Shown here piece by piece: positions 13,078 through 26,921 of a stretch of DNA of 64,000 nucleotides. Source of the DNA: Octopus vulgaris (Eukaryota). The notes under the pieces were generated by a model. That model was given only the letters and a program-made list of their open reading frames with translations. It did not search any database and was not told the origin of the DNA. Positions within the stretch are counted from its first letter, which is position 1, and the number at the start of each line of letters is the position of its first letter. A program made the translations under genes and the position numbers. The DNA lies in NCBI GenBank assembly GCA_951406725.2, contig OX597816.1, positions 50,778,001 to 50,842,000 of the forward strand, given 5' to 3'.

Positions 13078-13155
<78 letters not shown>

Positions 13156-14356
13156 TATATATACGTAACTATGTATGTACGGTGTACGCATTTTTGTACA
13201 GGAGACAAAAAGAAACAGAAATTAAATTTGGAGCACATAAGTTTATTTCTAAATATATATGTAGGATTAATAAATACAATATTTATGTTATATCAAAATA
13301 AATTAAACGTACGTCTTCAATAAAATTGATTTAATGCTGTGGCATAACGCATATAATTTGCTTCTCAACATCTTACTCAAACAGCTTGATAAAACTGTCG
13401 GTGGAAAATTCCTGGAGATAGCAGAAGTAACGGTGTGCACCTGATAAGGTAACAAGATTATTTTAAAATACATTCGTGTAGCATGTAATCCACACCAACA
13501 TAGCTAACATGGCAATATTCTGAATGCAGCCGAAATTAATTTATTATTGGTAATTTGCTATCGACTCGCCAGAAATCAGCGCGCGTTATCAAATAACCAG
13601 TTTACCAAATATTATAAATAATAACGAATCTCGTTGGTTAGATTCAAAATTCCGAGGTGTATTTCACTGAAAGTATATAATGCAATGGAGATGTGTGTTT
13701 CGAACTCCTTCCGCATCAATGAATCAAGTTAGTCGTCAAAACACATCGACTATAAGGAGGCGTTAACTGATAGCGTAATACAAAGCGACATATTCATGTT
13801 CAAATATCCCTCCGAACTCCTTTCTCTCTCTCTCTCTCTCTCTCTGAAACACACATTTTATAAACATCCCTACACACATATCTTATATGCATTCACGCAC
13901 ACCTACACACACACACAAACACAGATACATGCACACACATGGCTATAATCTGTTAATTGTTTCAGTCATTAGACTGCAGCCAAGCTTCGATACGAAGTTA
14001 GAGATTATTAGTCAAATGAATTAATCTTATGCATTTTTTAAGACGGGCATTTATGTTACGGTGACAGATGAACGCCGGCTGTCAAGAAGTACCAGGGGAA
14101 CACACAGGCTGAACACACAGTGCACACAAAAATATGTATGTATATATACCAAGAGAATGCATATGGTTGCACCTGTTTCTTCTGCCAGCCAGCACAAATA
14201 TGTGCTATGTAATAAAATATATAATACGTTGTGTGGGCTTAAAAGTCATGTAACGGTACCACAGGGATCAATATTTATTCATTTCAGTAGTTTTTTCAGC
14301 AATGGCTATTCTCGTGTAAGGAAAGTACACTAAAAAATGTATACGTACATACATAC

Positions 14357-14710
<354 letters not shown>

Positions 14711-14889
14711 TATGGTAATATATTGATATATATATATATGTTTTCGGTGGGAATGCTTTTGTTATACGGCGCCGTATTTCACAATCATGTAAATTATGAT
14801 AATGGCATTTTTATATAAGTTTAAAGCTTATGCCGAACACCGTGCAATGACTAAGGAAAGTGGTCTAAAAGCGAGGCATATAAGCCCCC

Positions 14890-14975
14890 ACCAGAAAAAA
14901 GGCTTTCCTATCCCCGTGGGACTCGAACCAACACCCCTCTGTTAACGCGTCTGAGTGTGTTAACTTTACACACAC
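14890..14975 (-). other. tRNA-like pseudogene or SINE head followed by T6
   Basis: Minus strand has B-box GGTTCGAGTCC, then TTTTTT about 20 nt downstream; no convincing full cloverleaf. Confidence 0.4.
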
Positions 14976-15464
14976 ACATACCCATACAGACACACACATA
15001 TATGCACGCGTATCGGTAGAGAAAGAAGTTGCTCTTTCTTGGGGATATATCAAAACATTCACTAATTTTGCACTAATATCGGTTAACGATACGAGAAATT
15101 CTCATATCTATATGTAGTAGTGTTTATCGTTGCTTCTTCTTCGATATTGGTACTTTTTACACATCTGAAATTCCACTTGTCGCAACAATGGTTATTTCCA
15201 TCTGTTTGGATGTGAAAAATAATAGTCAAATATTCCCAGAGGGTGTTTTAACTTTTTCAACTTAATAATGCACTGTAAAAGTGCAAATATTAAACAATAG
15301 TAATCACCCAGAACGCAGCGTACGCAATATAGATGAACTTATTTGACTAAACTACGGTAATATACTCATAATATTCTGTATATATTCTCCATTTTCTTCA
15401 AAATTTGAAAACTTTTTCTCATTTATATATATTTATATATGTGTGTGTGGGTGTATGTGTGTGC

Positions 15465-15583
<119 letters not shown>

Positions 15584-15594
15584 ATATATATGCA

Positions 15595-15641
<47 letters not shown>

Positions 15642-15680
15642 ATATATATATATATATATGTTGGCATATATATATATATA

Positions 15681-15734
<54 letters not shown>

Positions 15735-15746
15735 TATATATGTGTA

Positions 15747-16258
15747 GATGACGTCATTGAACGTAAACATGAAATGCGAAAACATGAAATGCATTTTTGC
15801 GAACAATAAAATAGAAAAATGGAAAACGAGACCCTTCATCAGTTCTCGCCTGTTTTATCTACTCCACATTTCGAGCATATACAAGATGTGCCTTCGTCAA
15901 AACAGTTGCTCTCGCAAAGCAAATTAATTTAAAATTTGGAATATGCGGAGGGTCACAGTTGATAATAGAAACAGGGTAGTGGAAACGATAAGGGCTGTTA
16001 AGCCAAGACGAGGTGAGGTGGCGAACAGTGAGAAGCAAGCTCTGACAGGAGTCAGAAACGGATGCGTCTCATCCATTGTAGCAACTCGGAAGAAAAAAAA
16101 GAGTCTCAAGTTAGTAAAAGAAAGATGGAAGATGGTCACGTGTGAGCAACGAGAGAGTAAAGACGGAAGAGAGAGGGACAGATAGAGAACGGTCAAGGGG
16201 AGATAGAAAGAATTACAGAAAGGAAGAGAGAGGATACGAAATAAAAATAGAATAGAAC
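15747..16258 (-). mobile_element. Decayed (TA)n-flanked PLE-terminus-like element
   Basis: Bounded by (TA)n; hammerhead-like TTGACGA-A-G-GCACAT cttgt ATATGC-TC-GAAA-TG-T at 15862-15905. Confidence 0.45.
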
Positions 16259-16452
16259 GTATGTATATATATATATATATGCATTTGCACATTCGCATAC
16301 ACACGTGCTTCCATATCAAAGGTACATCCATTTCAAAGGTATTGTGTAAAACAATTGATAACAATTTGGAGTGAAGTTCACCATAAATGTTTCAGGCGCG
16401 TTGTTTATTGATAAACAAATAATATACATCTTCATAAAAGAAATATATATGC

Positions 16453-16500
<48 letters not shown>

Positions 16501-17775
16501 TAACTTGCGGGCATGTAACAAATTATAACAATTATGGATAAAATATTTTATTGAGTGAAAATTGTATTTGTGAACTTATTTTCTAAATAGCGTGAATCAT
16601 CTTCTCTTGGATTTGCCACTCCTGTATTACACACACTGTCATACACACACACACATACGTATAATTATCAACTGTATATATCTGTACACACATACACACG
16701 CACACACATATATATAATTTGCATATATATTATACACACAGTCATATATATATATATACATACACACACACACGCACACACACACACATACACACACACA
16801 TACACATATATATATATATATATTATTTATATAGGCATGTATAAGTCTACGTGTATGAAAGAATACATGAATATGTATTGGCTTGCATATGTGTTTACTG
16901 CAATGAGACAATGAGTTAATGATAAATTAAATAAGTGTTCTCGTATGTTTGAGTAGTTATATTCCTTCGAGGCTATGCGTGAACAGATAGCTCATACCCA
17001 CATATTCTTTTTCCCATTTACAGCGGCTATGTATAGATATATTCGCATGCGTCGGTATGAGTGCCTTGGAGCATCTAAAACGTGTTAACATAATCTTTAT
17101 AGCCGTGTTGATAGATGTTGTTAATAGGAGCGTACTTTTACATATTGAGCTAAATCAAGACGTATTGAAACGTTTGTAAAATCTGTAATATTGTTGTCAC
17201 AACAATTCACGGATAAAAGATATAACTTCAAATAGAAGGCGTTTTATAATCGTTGCCATAACTTAAATAATTTAATATATTGCTGGAATCTATTGATTCG
17301 AACGCAATTAATTAAAACGTGATCAATATTGAATTAAACTATATAAAGATGAGGTTCGCTGGCGATACATATTTGAGATAATGCCTAGACGTATGTCTGG
17401 GAATTGTGCCAAAGTGCTAAAACGCAATAGAACTCGTTTTATTAGATGATGCTATAGCAAAATTGATCGAAATTGTTTGTAATTTAAGTGTACATGAAAC
17501 ACTATCTCGAAACGCATCAGAATATATTTCATTATTGATGTGCATAGTACGCATTTTTCGGGCGCTTTAAAAGGACGAGATAATTTGCTTTACGTAGACA
17601 GTGTAGAATATTCACTCTCAGAATCTTGAATTGCAACGTAGTGTATTCTGCTTTTAGAATCAGTTCCAAATTACACCTAAGTATAAAACAAATGCATAGG
17701 TTAAAGCAATGGAATTTAAATTTTGACATCATTTTCTGTATAACAGCTTACTTGAACTTAAGTTATCTTTAGCAA

Positions 17776-18187
17776 GTTGCTGTGTGATAAGTAGCTTGCT
17801 TACGAACCACATGGTTCCAGGTTCAGTCCCACTGCGTGGCACCTTGGGCAAGTATCTTCTGCTATAGCTTCGGGCCGACCGAAGCCTTGTGAGTGGATTT
17901 GGTAGACGGAAGCTGAAAGAAGCCTGTCGTATATATGTATATATGTGTATGTATGTGTATATGTTTGTGTTTATGTTTGCCCCCCCCCCCACATCGTTTG
18001 ACAACCGATGCTGGTGTGTTTACGTCTCCGTAACTTAGCGGTTCGGCAAAAGAGACCCATACAATAAGTACTAGGCTTACAAAGTATAAGTCCTGGGGTC
18101 GATTTGCTCGACTAAAAAGATGGTGCTCCAGCATGGCCACAGTCAAATGACTGAAACAAGTAAAAAAGTAAAAGAGAGAGAGAGAGT
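17776..18187 (+). mobile_element. tRNA-derived SINE family A with internal microsatellite
   Basis: Head ..GTAGCTTGCTTACGAACCACATGGTTCCAGGTTCAGTCC; tail GGTGCTCCAGCATGGCCACAGTCAAATGACTGAAACAAGTAAAA; several copies in window. Confidence 0.9.
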
Positions 18188-19452
18188 GAATTTTATGCCG
18201 TAGAAATGTTTCTGATCGGGCTTATAAAGTTTTACACTCTTTTTAATACAGGCATTGATTTAGCAGTGCTCAGTCTGGAAAAAAAAAATCAATCGGAGAG
18301 TATCTGCAAAATTTATGCCACGTCACATCCCCTTAAAGCTTAGTAAAATGCGTTTACTTCAATTACATAGACATGATTAGGTGTGTAGATCGGTGTCCAT
18401 GATAAAAAATGCATATCTTTTTACTGAAATATATCACTGATAATGCAAGTTTTACACTATCATATATGAAGGTACACTATCATATATGAAGGAGAGGAAT
18501 ATATCAGAAGCATAATATGATTAAGATCTACATTCTGAGACTAACATTTAATGATGCCTGCATTTCTATTGCAATAACATATTTACGTACGTTGTTATGT
18601 TTGAAAAATCTACATGCGGTCTTGTTTCAAGGGCATTAAAAAAATATTGATGATTATTGATATGTGACTTTAAACCTTAATATACTTCGGCTAAGAAGCG
18701 ACATAAACTGAGCTCTGTTTAGCTGATCGAATCTCTATTCGGTCATTGGGTTCAATCTTGAGAACATAATCCAGTTGCATATTGCAAATGCAACAAAATA
18801 TAGATTGTAAATTTCAAAGGTTGAACACGTTTCAAGCAGTCATAATAAAAAAATAAAAAGATACTATTTATTTAAACTGTGGTGTAGATACAAGAAACAG
18901 CAGAAATTAATTGCAGGAAAGTAAAATGAGAAATTTTTCTGCAGCCTACGTTACGAGAGTGCGAAATACACTGAAATTTATATTGTAGAATAATTTTAGT
19001 TTAACTTGTCTCAATGCGATATCAATAGACTAATGAACACATAAGGAAATATTTTTGCGCGAAGCGAATGGTGAAATGCTCAATAAAAATGAAGCGATTA
19101 AGTTTTAAGCTAACAATGCATGGTAGAGTTCAAGTGAAAATTAGTAGAAAAATATAATTATGCTAAATATTCGTCTATATTCATGAAATTGGATTTTCTT
19201 CGGCTGGGAAGATGTTTTAATTTTATAAATTGAATAATTTCATAAAAAGTATAATTTTCTCGTTAATAAATGTTTAACGATTTACTGCCTGACAGTGATT
19301 AAGCTGCAGATGAAACCAGATTGTTTCGGTGTTTCTGAAAGAATATGTTTATAACATTTGTCAAAGAATATATTTATACGTGTACATACTTGTGTCTGTA
19401 CATATGTGCGTATATATATGCCTACAAATATATTCATATGTATGTGTACGTA

Positions 19453-19506
<54 letters not shown>

Positions 19507-21469
19507 CACATGCATACACACATACTTACATACAAGCATACATACACACACACACTTATGTATATTATAAACAATAAAGTGTTTCAAACTCACGTAAGAA
19601 CGAGCATGAGATTGAGGCAGTCGAAACATTTACGAATCGATGCAATTCATCATGTTGTCGAAATGTGTGGAGCTTCGGTTATCACTGAATTACAGACTTC
19701 ACATGGAGAAAAGTTATATGAATAATTGGAAATTTTCCTTTGTTGCAAAAAAATATTTATAAAAATGTACGTTCATCTCTGTCATAGCAGCATTTGCTCT
19801 TTGAAAATGTTCACATATTATAAACTTTATTGATTATGGCATATTGCATTTATCATCCTGAGGGCGGAGAATGCAAAATATAACACATGGAAAAAATATA
19901 TGGAAATTTGCGCTCCTCTAGAAAGTGTATTTATCTGCGTAAATAATAATAATGCAGTATACTGAAAGAATATTATTGCATAATTGTTAAGAAAACAGCT
20001 AATGTCTTTAAGCGATTGAAAATCTCAATCTCTCTTTGCTAAACACTCATTACACAACTACGTACATACACGTAAATACACATGCAACACATAAGCACAC
20101 GTGCATACACATATGCATGATGCATGTATGTTTGACTGCATATATAAGGATATATGTATTATAAAGATATATATATATATATATGAATCACTTAATCGCT
20201 TTCTCCGACAATCTGTTTTCTTCTATACATAGAAATACACATGCATTCGTGTATAACTATGAGTGTGTATGTGTGTATGCGTGTGTGTGTGTGTGTGTGT
20301 TTGTTTATTTTCCAGTTTCTGTAAGTATGCATGAAATGAGAGGAGAAACAGAGTCAAATATGTTGTTTTTCTTTATAATTCAAGTATCATCAACGGTGAT
20401 TGAGGAAATAATTTTAACGGAATGTAACTTAACTCATGGATTGCAAACAAATCCGAAAGAGAAAGAACAAAATCAAACAAATTCGGGTGATAATTATAAA
20501 CATAAAATATTGCGTCTTATAGTATGATGTTTCTACTTCTAAAACATGTTACAAGATACACAAACGATAAACCTGCTAAGCCTGAAATTATTATTTGAAA
20601 CACAAATGTTAACCAGTTTGTATGTAATCAGGACAAAATGCACGAGCACTGAAATCTAATTCTCATTTTGGGCATTTCAGAGCTCATAATTATGTGGGGA
20701 ATGACTAACACTGAGGGTGTCAGCAAATGTAGACTTATCAACATTAAAGTACTATGAAGTATATATTTCTTTCTGTCTGTCTCTGTCATTGTTTGTCTAT
20801 CTGTCTCTCTATATATATTTATATAGTGAGAGAGTGTGTGTGAGACAGACTGTCAGAACTCACAAGCATTTAGACACACACACACACACAAACACACACA
20901 TACACACACAAACACACAAACACACTCTCTACTTTTATGGTGCGCTAAAGAACTAATTGACGCAAATAGCTTGTTTTGTTTTTTAAATTGGGTTATGCTA
21001 TCCTGCATTAGATGCGAACTCTGATTCAAGTGAGTAGGAGTAAAAATCGAGGCATTATGACTTACGTATTATTAATACTCGTATACTCACATACACATAC
21101 ACACACATTTACTATCATATACACAGTCGCACGTACTTCCAAACCCACACGGAAACACAAGCACATTCACAAAAGAATGTTTGTGAGTGTGTGTGGGGGA
21201 GGGGCGAATATCTGTATGAATATCTGTATAAATTCAGAATATCATCAGATGTATTTATTTTCAGCTCCATTCGAAAAATTACAATAAAGTTTACAGCAGT
21301 ACAATGGTTAATTCATCAGTCCGTCGGACGAAATGCAGTTCTATATGTTTTTACGACGCTTTTGGATTTCCTGTCACCCTATACTTATTATTTGCCTATT
21401 ATTTGTCTTCTAACAATTTTCAAGTCATCTGCCTGCGTCAGACAGATTTGATATTTGCTAAAGTTTCTA

Positions 21470-21670
21470 AGGAGGCGAGAACATTTAATAAAACGCTTAG
21501 CGGCATTTCGCCTTTTCTCACGTTCATAAGTTTAAATTCCACTAAGATAGGCTTTGTCTTTCCTCCATTTGGAGGGAACAAAATTAATACCAGTTTAACT
21601 ACTGGTGGCGATGTAATCGACTTACACCCTCAAGTATTCTGACCATGACAAAAATTCGAAACCAATATTT
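21470..21670 (+). mobile_element. Decayed SINE family B
   Basis: GGAGGCGAG head, GCTTAGCGGCATTTCG, GATGTAATCGACTT. Confidence 0.55.
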
Positions 21671-21697
21671 AGCGGGTTTTTCTATTTAATAAAGAGG

Positions 21698-22205
<508 letters not shown>

Positions 22206-23319
22206 AAGCGGTTGATATGCATCTGCCAAATTGACCTATTGATGTTTCTTTTATGATTTGATTCAAATCTCGATTTATTTCGCGTTCTTTTTATTCTCGA
22301 TAAAGTAATTACCCTATGTTTACTAGTTTTAATCAAATAAACTATTTCTGATATCGTGAACAAGTACCTATATTAGAAACTATTTTGTATGAAAAGCAAG
22401 CAAGCGTTTTAAATCAACGTGCAAGTAAAATATCGACACTAATTTCTCCGTATGGATTTCTTCCTCGGGAATTTCTCCGAAGTCACTGAAATATATTTTT
22501 TTCTCAACACCATACATATAAACGCTAGAGATGTATTACAATGCGCAGTTATATAGAAACATAAATCAATTCTTCCGGATATCATAATGGACATTAAAGA
22601 GTTATACAGTTTCATTAGACAGAATTTCAGTAAAACTTCTACAAAACAATTTCCTTGAAATATTTAAGAGAGGCAATATAATGACAGGAAAATGCAATTA
22701 TATAAATATTTATGAATGACTGAATCAATTTATTGCCTTGGCTGTGTTAGGTCAAATATAATATGATATTTTCAACAGTATGGTGAGGGCATTTTAAGCG
22801 ACGTTTATTTTTTATTCTATTGTCCATTGTACTTTATACCTTGTCACTTTTCATTGCATCTCCATTTCTACATATAATGTACAAAAGTCCAAACCTCTAC
22901 ATCAACAAAATAAACCGAATTTTTATAGACATCGATCCTGCAACCTTTATAAACTGCATACATGTATTATAATTTGGGGATCCCTTTTATATTTGCATAA
23001 GTCTATACTTCAGTAAAAACATTCCTGTATGTACAATTTGAATTCCTGTATTAGGCAGAGTTTACTTTCCAGTAGGGAATCACAGTTTGAACAAGTTTGT
23101 CAATTTCTGTCTTTAGCATGAGTGACAAGTAAGAATTACCTAACAAGTAGGAGACAAATAGGAATGCCTAGAAGGTTTTTCGTGATTTTTAAAACAGAGG
23201 AGATAATAACGTAAAAACAGAATCGGTTATAATTTAGACATAAGGCAAAATTAGTGAACAATACAAATGTTAATAAGAAAAACGTCCACCACTTTCTTTT
23301 AATATATAGATCAAACATT

Positions 23320-23535
23320 AAGGCGGAGAGCTGAATCGTTACTGTATCGTGCAAAATGTTCAGTGTAATTTAGGCTGTCCTTAGGTTATGTGATAAAATT
23401 CCCCAAAGTTGAATTTGCTTTCCATCATCTCAGGGGTCGATAAAACAGGTATGAGTTTAGCACTGGGGTCTATATAATCGGCTTACATGCATGCCATCAA
23501 AATTAATGGCTCTGCGCCAAAAATTTTAACCAATA
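23320..23535 (+). mobile_element. Decayed SINE family B
   Basis: AAGGCGGAGAGCTG head; TTCCATCATCTCAGGGGTCGATAAA; GCACTGGGGTC. Confidence 0.55.
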
Positions 23536-23639
23536 TGTTAATGAAACGTATATCAACATAAAATGTACATATTACAAATATGATAATATGATAATGATGA
23601 TCGTAAAAAGGATATTATTGATACAAAAATATAATCACG

Positions 23640-24420
23640 CTGAAAATGAAATTATATTGTTATGTAATGGCATGGGCGCTGATAATACGGAAAAGAAGTG
23701 GGGAAGACTAGGATAATGGACAATGAAAACATATGTGTAAAAGTGCAGAGCACAATGTGCATCTGTTACAAGCGTACAGATAAGTGCTAATTTAGAGCTT
23801 TTTGCGGTGAGATGGGTAAATGGAAAACGGAAAACAACGAAGATAGCAACAAATATACAAGTCATAGACACTGCTTTTCTCAGACCACACTGGCTACAGC
23901 ACTGGAAAAATTGGAAAATATCACCTTGTATTCAGTTATAAATGACGACGAATATCCTCACCTTTAACCAGCAGAATCAGCCCGAGATATTGAGAAAATA
24001 GAGAGGAGAAGCATGCAGAATATAGAATGAAGGCCGTTTGTGACAATGTAACTGAAAAAAAAATTGCAAAAACCGGAGAGAAACAAACACGCGCAGAACA
24101 AATAGAGGGAGCATCAAGCTTCAGAAACAAATTGAATAAAATCATCAAAAACGAGTCCTTGCTATCTGGAAACTGTGATGACAATATGCAATATATATTT
24201 GAATGATTGCTTCGAAGACCTACAGGTGGGAAACTGTGGCTGGTATACTGGATGTATTCTAAACGATATTATATGAATAGTCTGGTGGTAAAAACTACGA
24301 TATATATATAAAAACGCTTTAATGAGGATGTAGTTATTCCTAAGCATTCTAACCCTCCAAAAAGCAGAGGGGATTAATCGAGACAAGCAATAGGTAAAAA
24401 TGCCGAGCCGCATCTCGTCC
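23640..24420 (+). mobile_element. Highly decayed LINE (APE C-terminus to RT start, RTE-like)
   Basis: Remnant SDH motif (TCAGACCAC) and weak downstream RT-like motifs; many stops. Confidence 0.3.
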
Positions 24421-24429
24421 ATCTTTATG

Positions 24430-24580
24430 TTCAGAGTTCAAATTCCGCCGAAGTCGAATTTGCCTTCGTCCATCGGGGTCGATTAAATGAGTACCAGTGT
24501 AGCATTGGTGTATATATAATCGATTTAAACCCCATTCCCCAACACGTGCTGGCCTTTTGCCAAAACTTGAAACTTATAAT
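24430..24580 (+). mobile_element. SINE family B fragment
   Basis: GAGTTCAAATTCCGCCGAAGTCGAATTTGCCTTC..GGGGTCGATTAAATGAGTACCAG. Confidence 0.7.
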
Positions 24581-25582
24581 TTCCATTTGTTTTAATGCCC
24601 TCACTTTTAAATAATAGTTTGTTAATACTGTATAAAAATTAAACTTGTATGTTTCCAAATATGACTGCATTTCAATTTTGATTTTCATTTCATTTGTTAC
24701 CACCTTTAATTGTTTGTGCCACAAGTTGATGTAAAGGTTTTGTTCAGATTCTAATTTTAACCATGATTATTTAAAAAAAATTTTCATTATTCTGATAATA
24801 TTATTGTTACTATAATTATCTTAATTTCTTTTTCGAGAACCAATGCAGTTTCTGATCACTTCAAAGGTTACTTGTAAATGAGCTGAAGATAATCCTTCTC
24901 CCTTTTTTCAAATTGCATTCGTAAAGTAACTTTTATACTGCTGAAATGTTTTCGTAATTATTGCACAGTTACACTTCATTGAAAAAAACATACCAATGCT
25001 CCTATATATTTTCATTAGCATATGTCTCATACTACCTATGTATGATTTCGACAATCTCCAGAGAAACAAGCAGCGAAACCGTTTATATGCTGAACAAATG
25101 CAGCAGTTACTCTATGAAGGAGTCCCAGATTCGCATACTCTATAAATACCAGCGGCCTTTCAACGGGGATCTTACTCAACACAGTATATTTAGCATTTCG
25201 TATATTTAACACGTGGTATAATTATAAACAGGGCAAATTTTAGCCATTTCTCTTCAGACTGAAAAATTCATGAACAACCGTTTTCGAATTTCGAACAGAG
25301 GCGTCTAAATCCTTTTCACAATCTCTAGAGGAACAAGCAGCCAAACGGTTTATATACTGAACAAATGCAACAGTTACTGTATATGCATGTATATGCATGT
25401 ATTATGTACATATACATTTTTGGTCGCTTGTTATTTCGAAGAACCACTCAAATATTTTAGTTGACCATATAATTATTAATCTTTTCTAGAAAACGAACGT
25501 GAGGGTTTCAATAGACAGTTGGTAAAGTGTATTAAACACTAACGTGGAAGTCAATGTCAAACATTTATATAAATTCTAACAT

Positions 25583-25653
<71 letters not shown>

Positions 25654-26921
25654 CATAAAAACGTATACATAAGCGTATATATATGTATATGCATGCTGGT
25701 GTAATCATAAGTGTCAACTTGCTAGTATAGTTGCAAAGTAAAGCCATTTTAAAAACATTCAAAATTCAAAATTTTAAATCATAATGACTTTAATTTGTAT
25801 ATTATATTTGATAAATTACATTCAGTAATCTGATGCTGCCCGTTTTTCAGCGTGAATAAATTCCGTTACTTTAGTAATAAGAAATAAATAATGATATATG
25901 CATACACACATATAGGCAAACATCTACTTACACCCCACCCAACCCCAAATGACACACGTTCACACACACATGCATGTCATTTTATAAGCACAAGTAATGA
26001 CTGCAGTTTATTCAAAATGTGCTCTACGGACAAGAGGCGGAACAAGGTAAGTAATGTGATTGTCGATCAGAATCGAATCACGGCTCGTATGTATGAGGAC
26101 AGTAGACATACTGGAAATATATAATCTCATAATCGATTCCCCCAATATACTTGTAAACATGATAATTATATCATGCACGAGTCTAACGATATGCAAATTA
26201 AAATTCACCGTGACTCTCTCTATTTTTTTTTGTATATGTAATTGTAGTTATCAACAATGATTTTTTTTTTCAAAACTTCACTAGGACTGAATCCTGCTTT
26301 ATCTCTCTTTTACTCTTTACTCTTTTACTTGTTTCAGTCATTTGACTGCGGCCATGCTGGAGCACCGCCTTTAATCGAGCAACTCGACCCCGGGACTTAT
26401 ACTTTTGTAAGCCCAGTACTTATTCTATCGGTCTCTTTTGCCGAACCGCTAAGTAACGGGGACGTAAACACACCAGCATCGGTTGTCAAGCAATGTTAGG
26501 GGAACAAACACAGACACACAAACATACACATATATATATATATACATATATACGACAGGCTTCTTTCAGTTTCCGTCTACCAAATCCACTCACAAGGCAT
26601 TGGTCGGCCCGGGGCTATAGTAGAAGACATTTGCGCAAGGTGTCACGCAGTGGGACTAAACCCGGAACCATGTGGTTGGTTAGCAAGCTACTTTATTTCA
26701 TATAATTTGCCATTTAGGCATTTACAAAGAGGGGACAAACAAGGACAGACAAATATAAAGGGTGAAGTAGCTTAACACAGTTACAATTTTCGAATGAAAT
26801 TACGGATAAGATTATAAACAATGAATTTTACGAAGGCAATGTTTAAAAATATTAATGATCATGTCGAAGGACGGAAACCCAGCCATCCGGGTAGAACCTT
26901 TACTTTCTGATCCGGTCACAC

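Larger units (their letters stand above)
9781..13084 (+). mobile_element. Penelope-like element PLE-1 (Neptune-like), 5'-truncated, with inverted 3' duplication, inserted in (TA)n
   Basis: RT and GIY-YIG ORFs; 9817-10650 is the reverse complement of 12251-13084; (TA)n on both flanks. Confidence 0.93.

Noticed and set aside
9781-13084. Long terminal inverted repeats suggesting a DNA transposon (also 36378-41207 and 49925-51119)
   Set aside because: The arms are copies of the PLE 3' coding region and UTR; no transposase is present.
18453-18492. 20-bp tandem duplication; also four TCGGCTATA-based units at 45054-45105
   Set aside because: Ordinary slippage repeats; no spacer structure, so not CRISPR-like.
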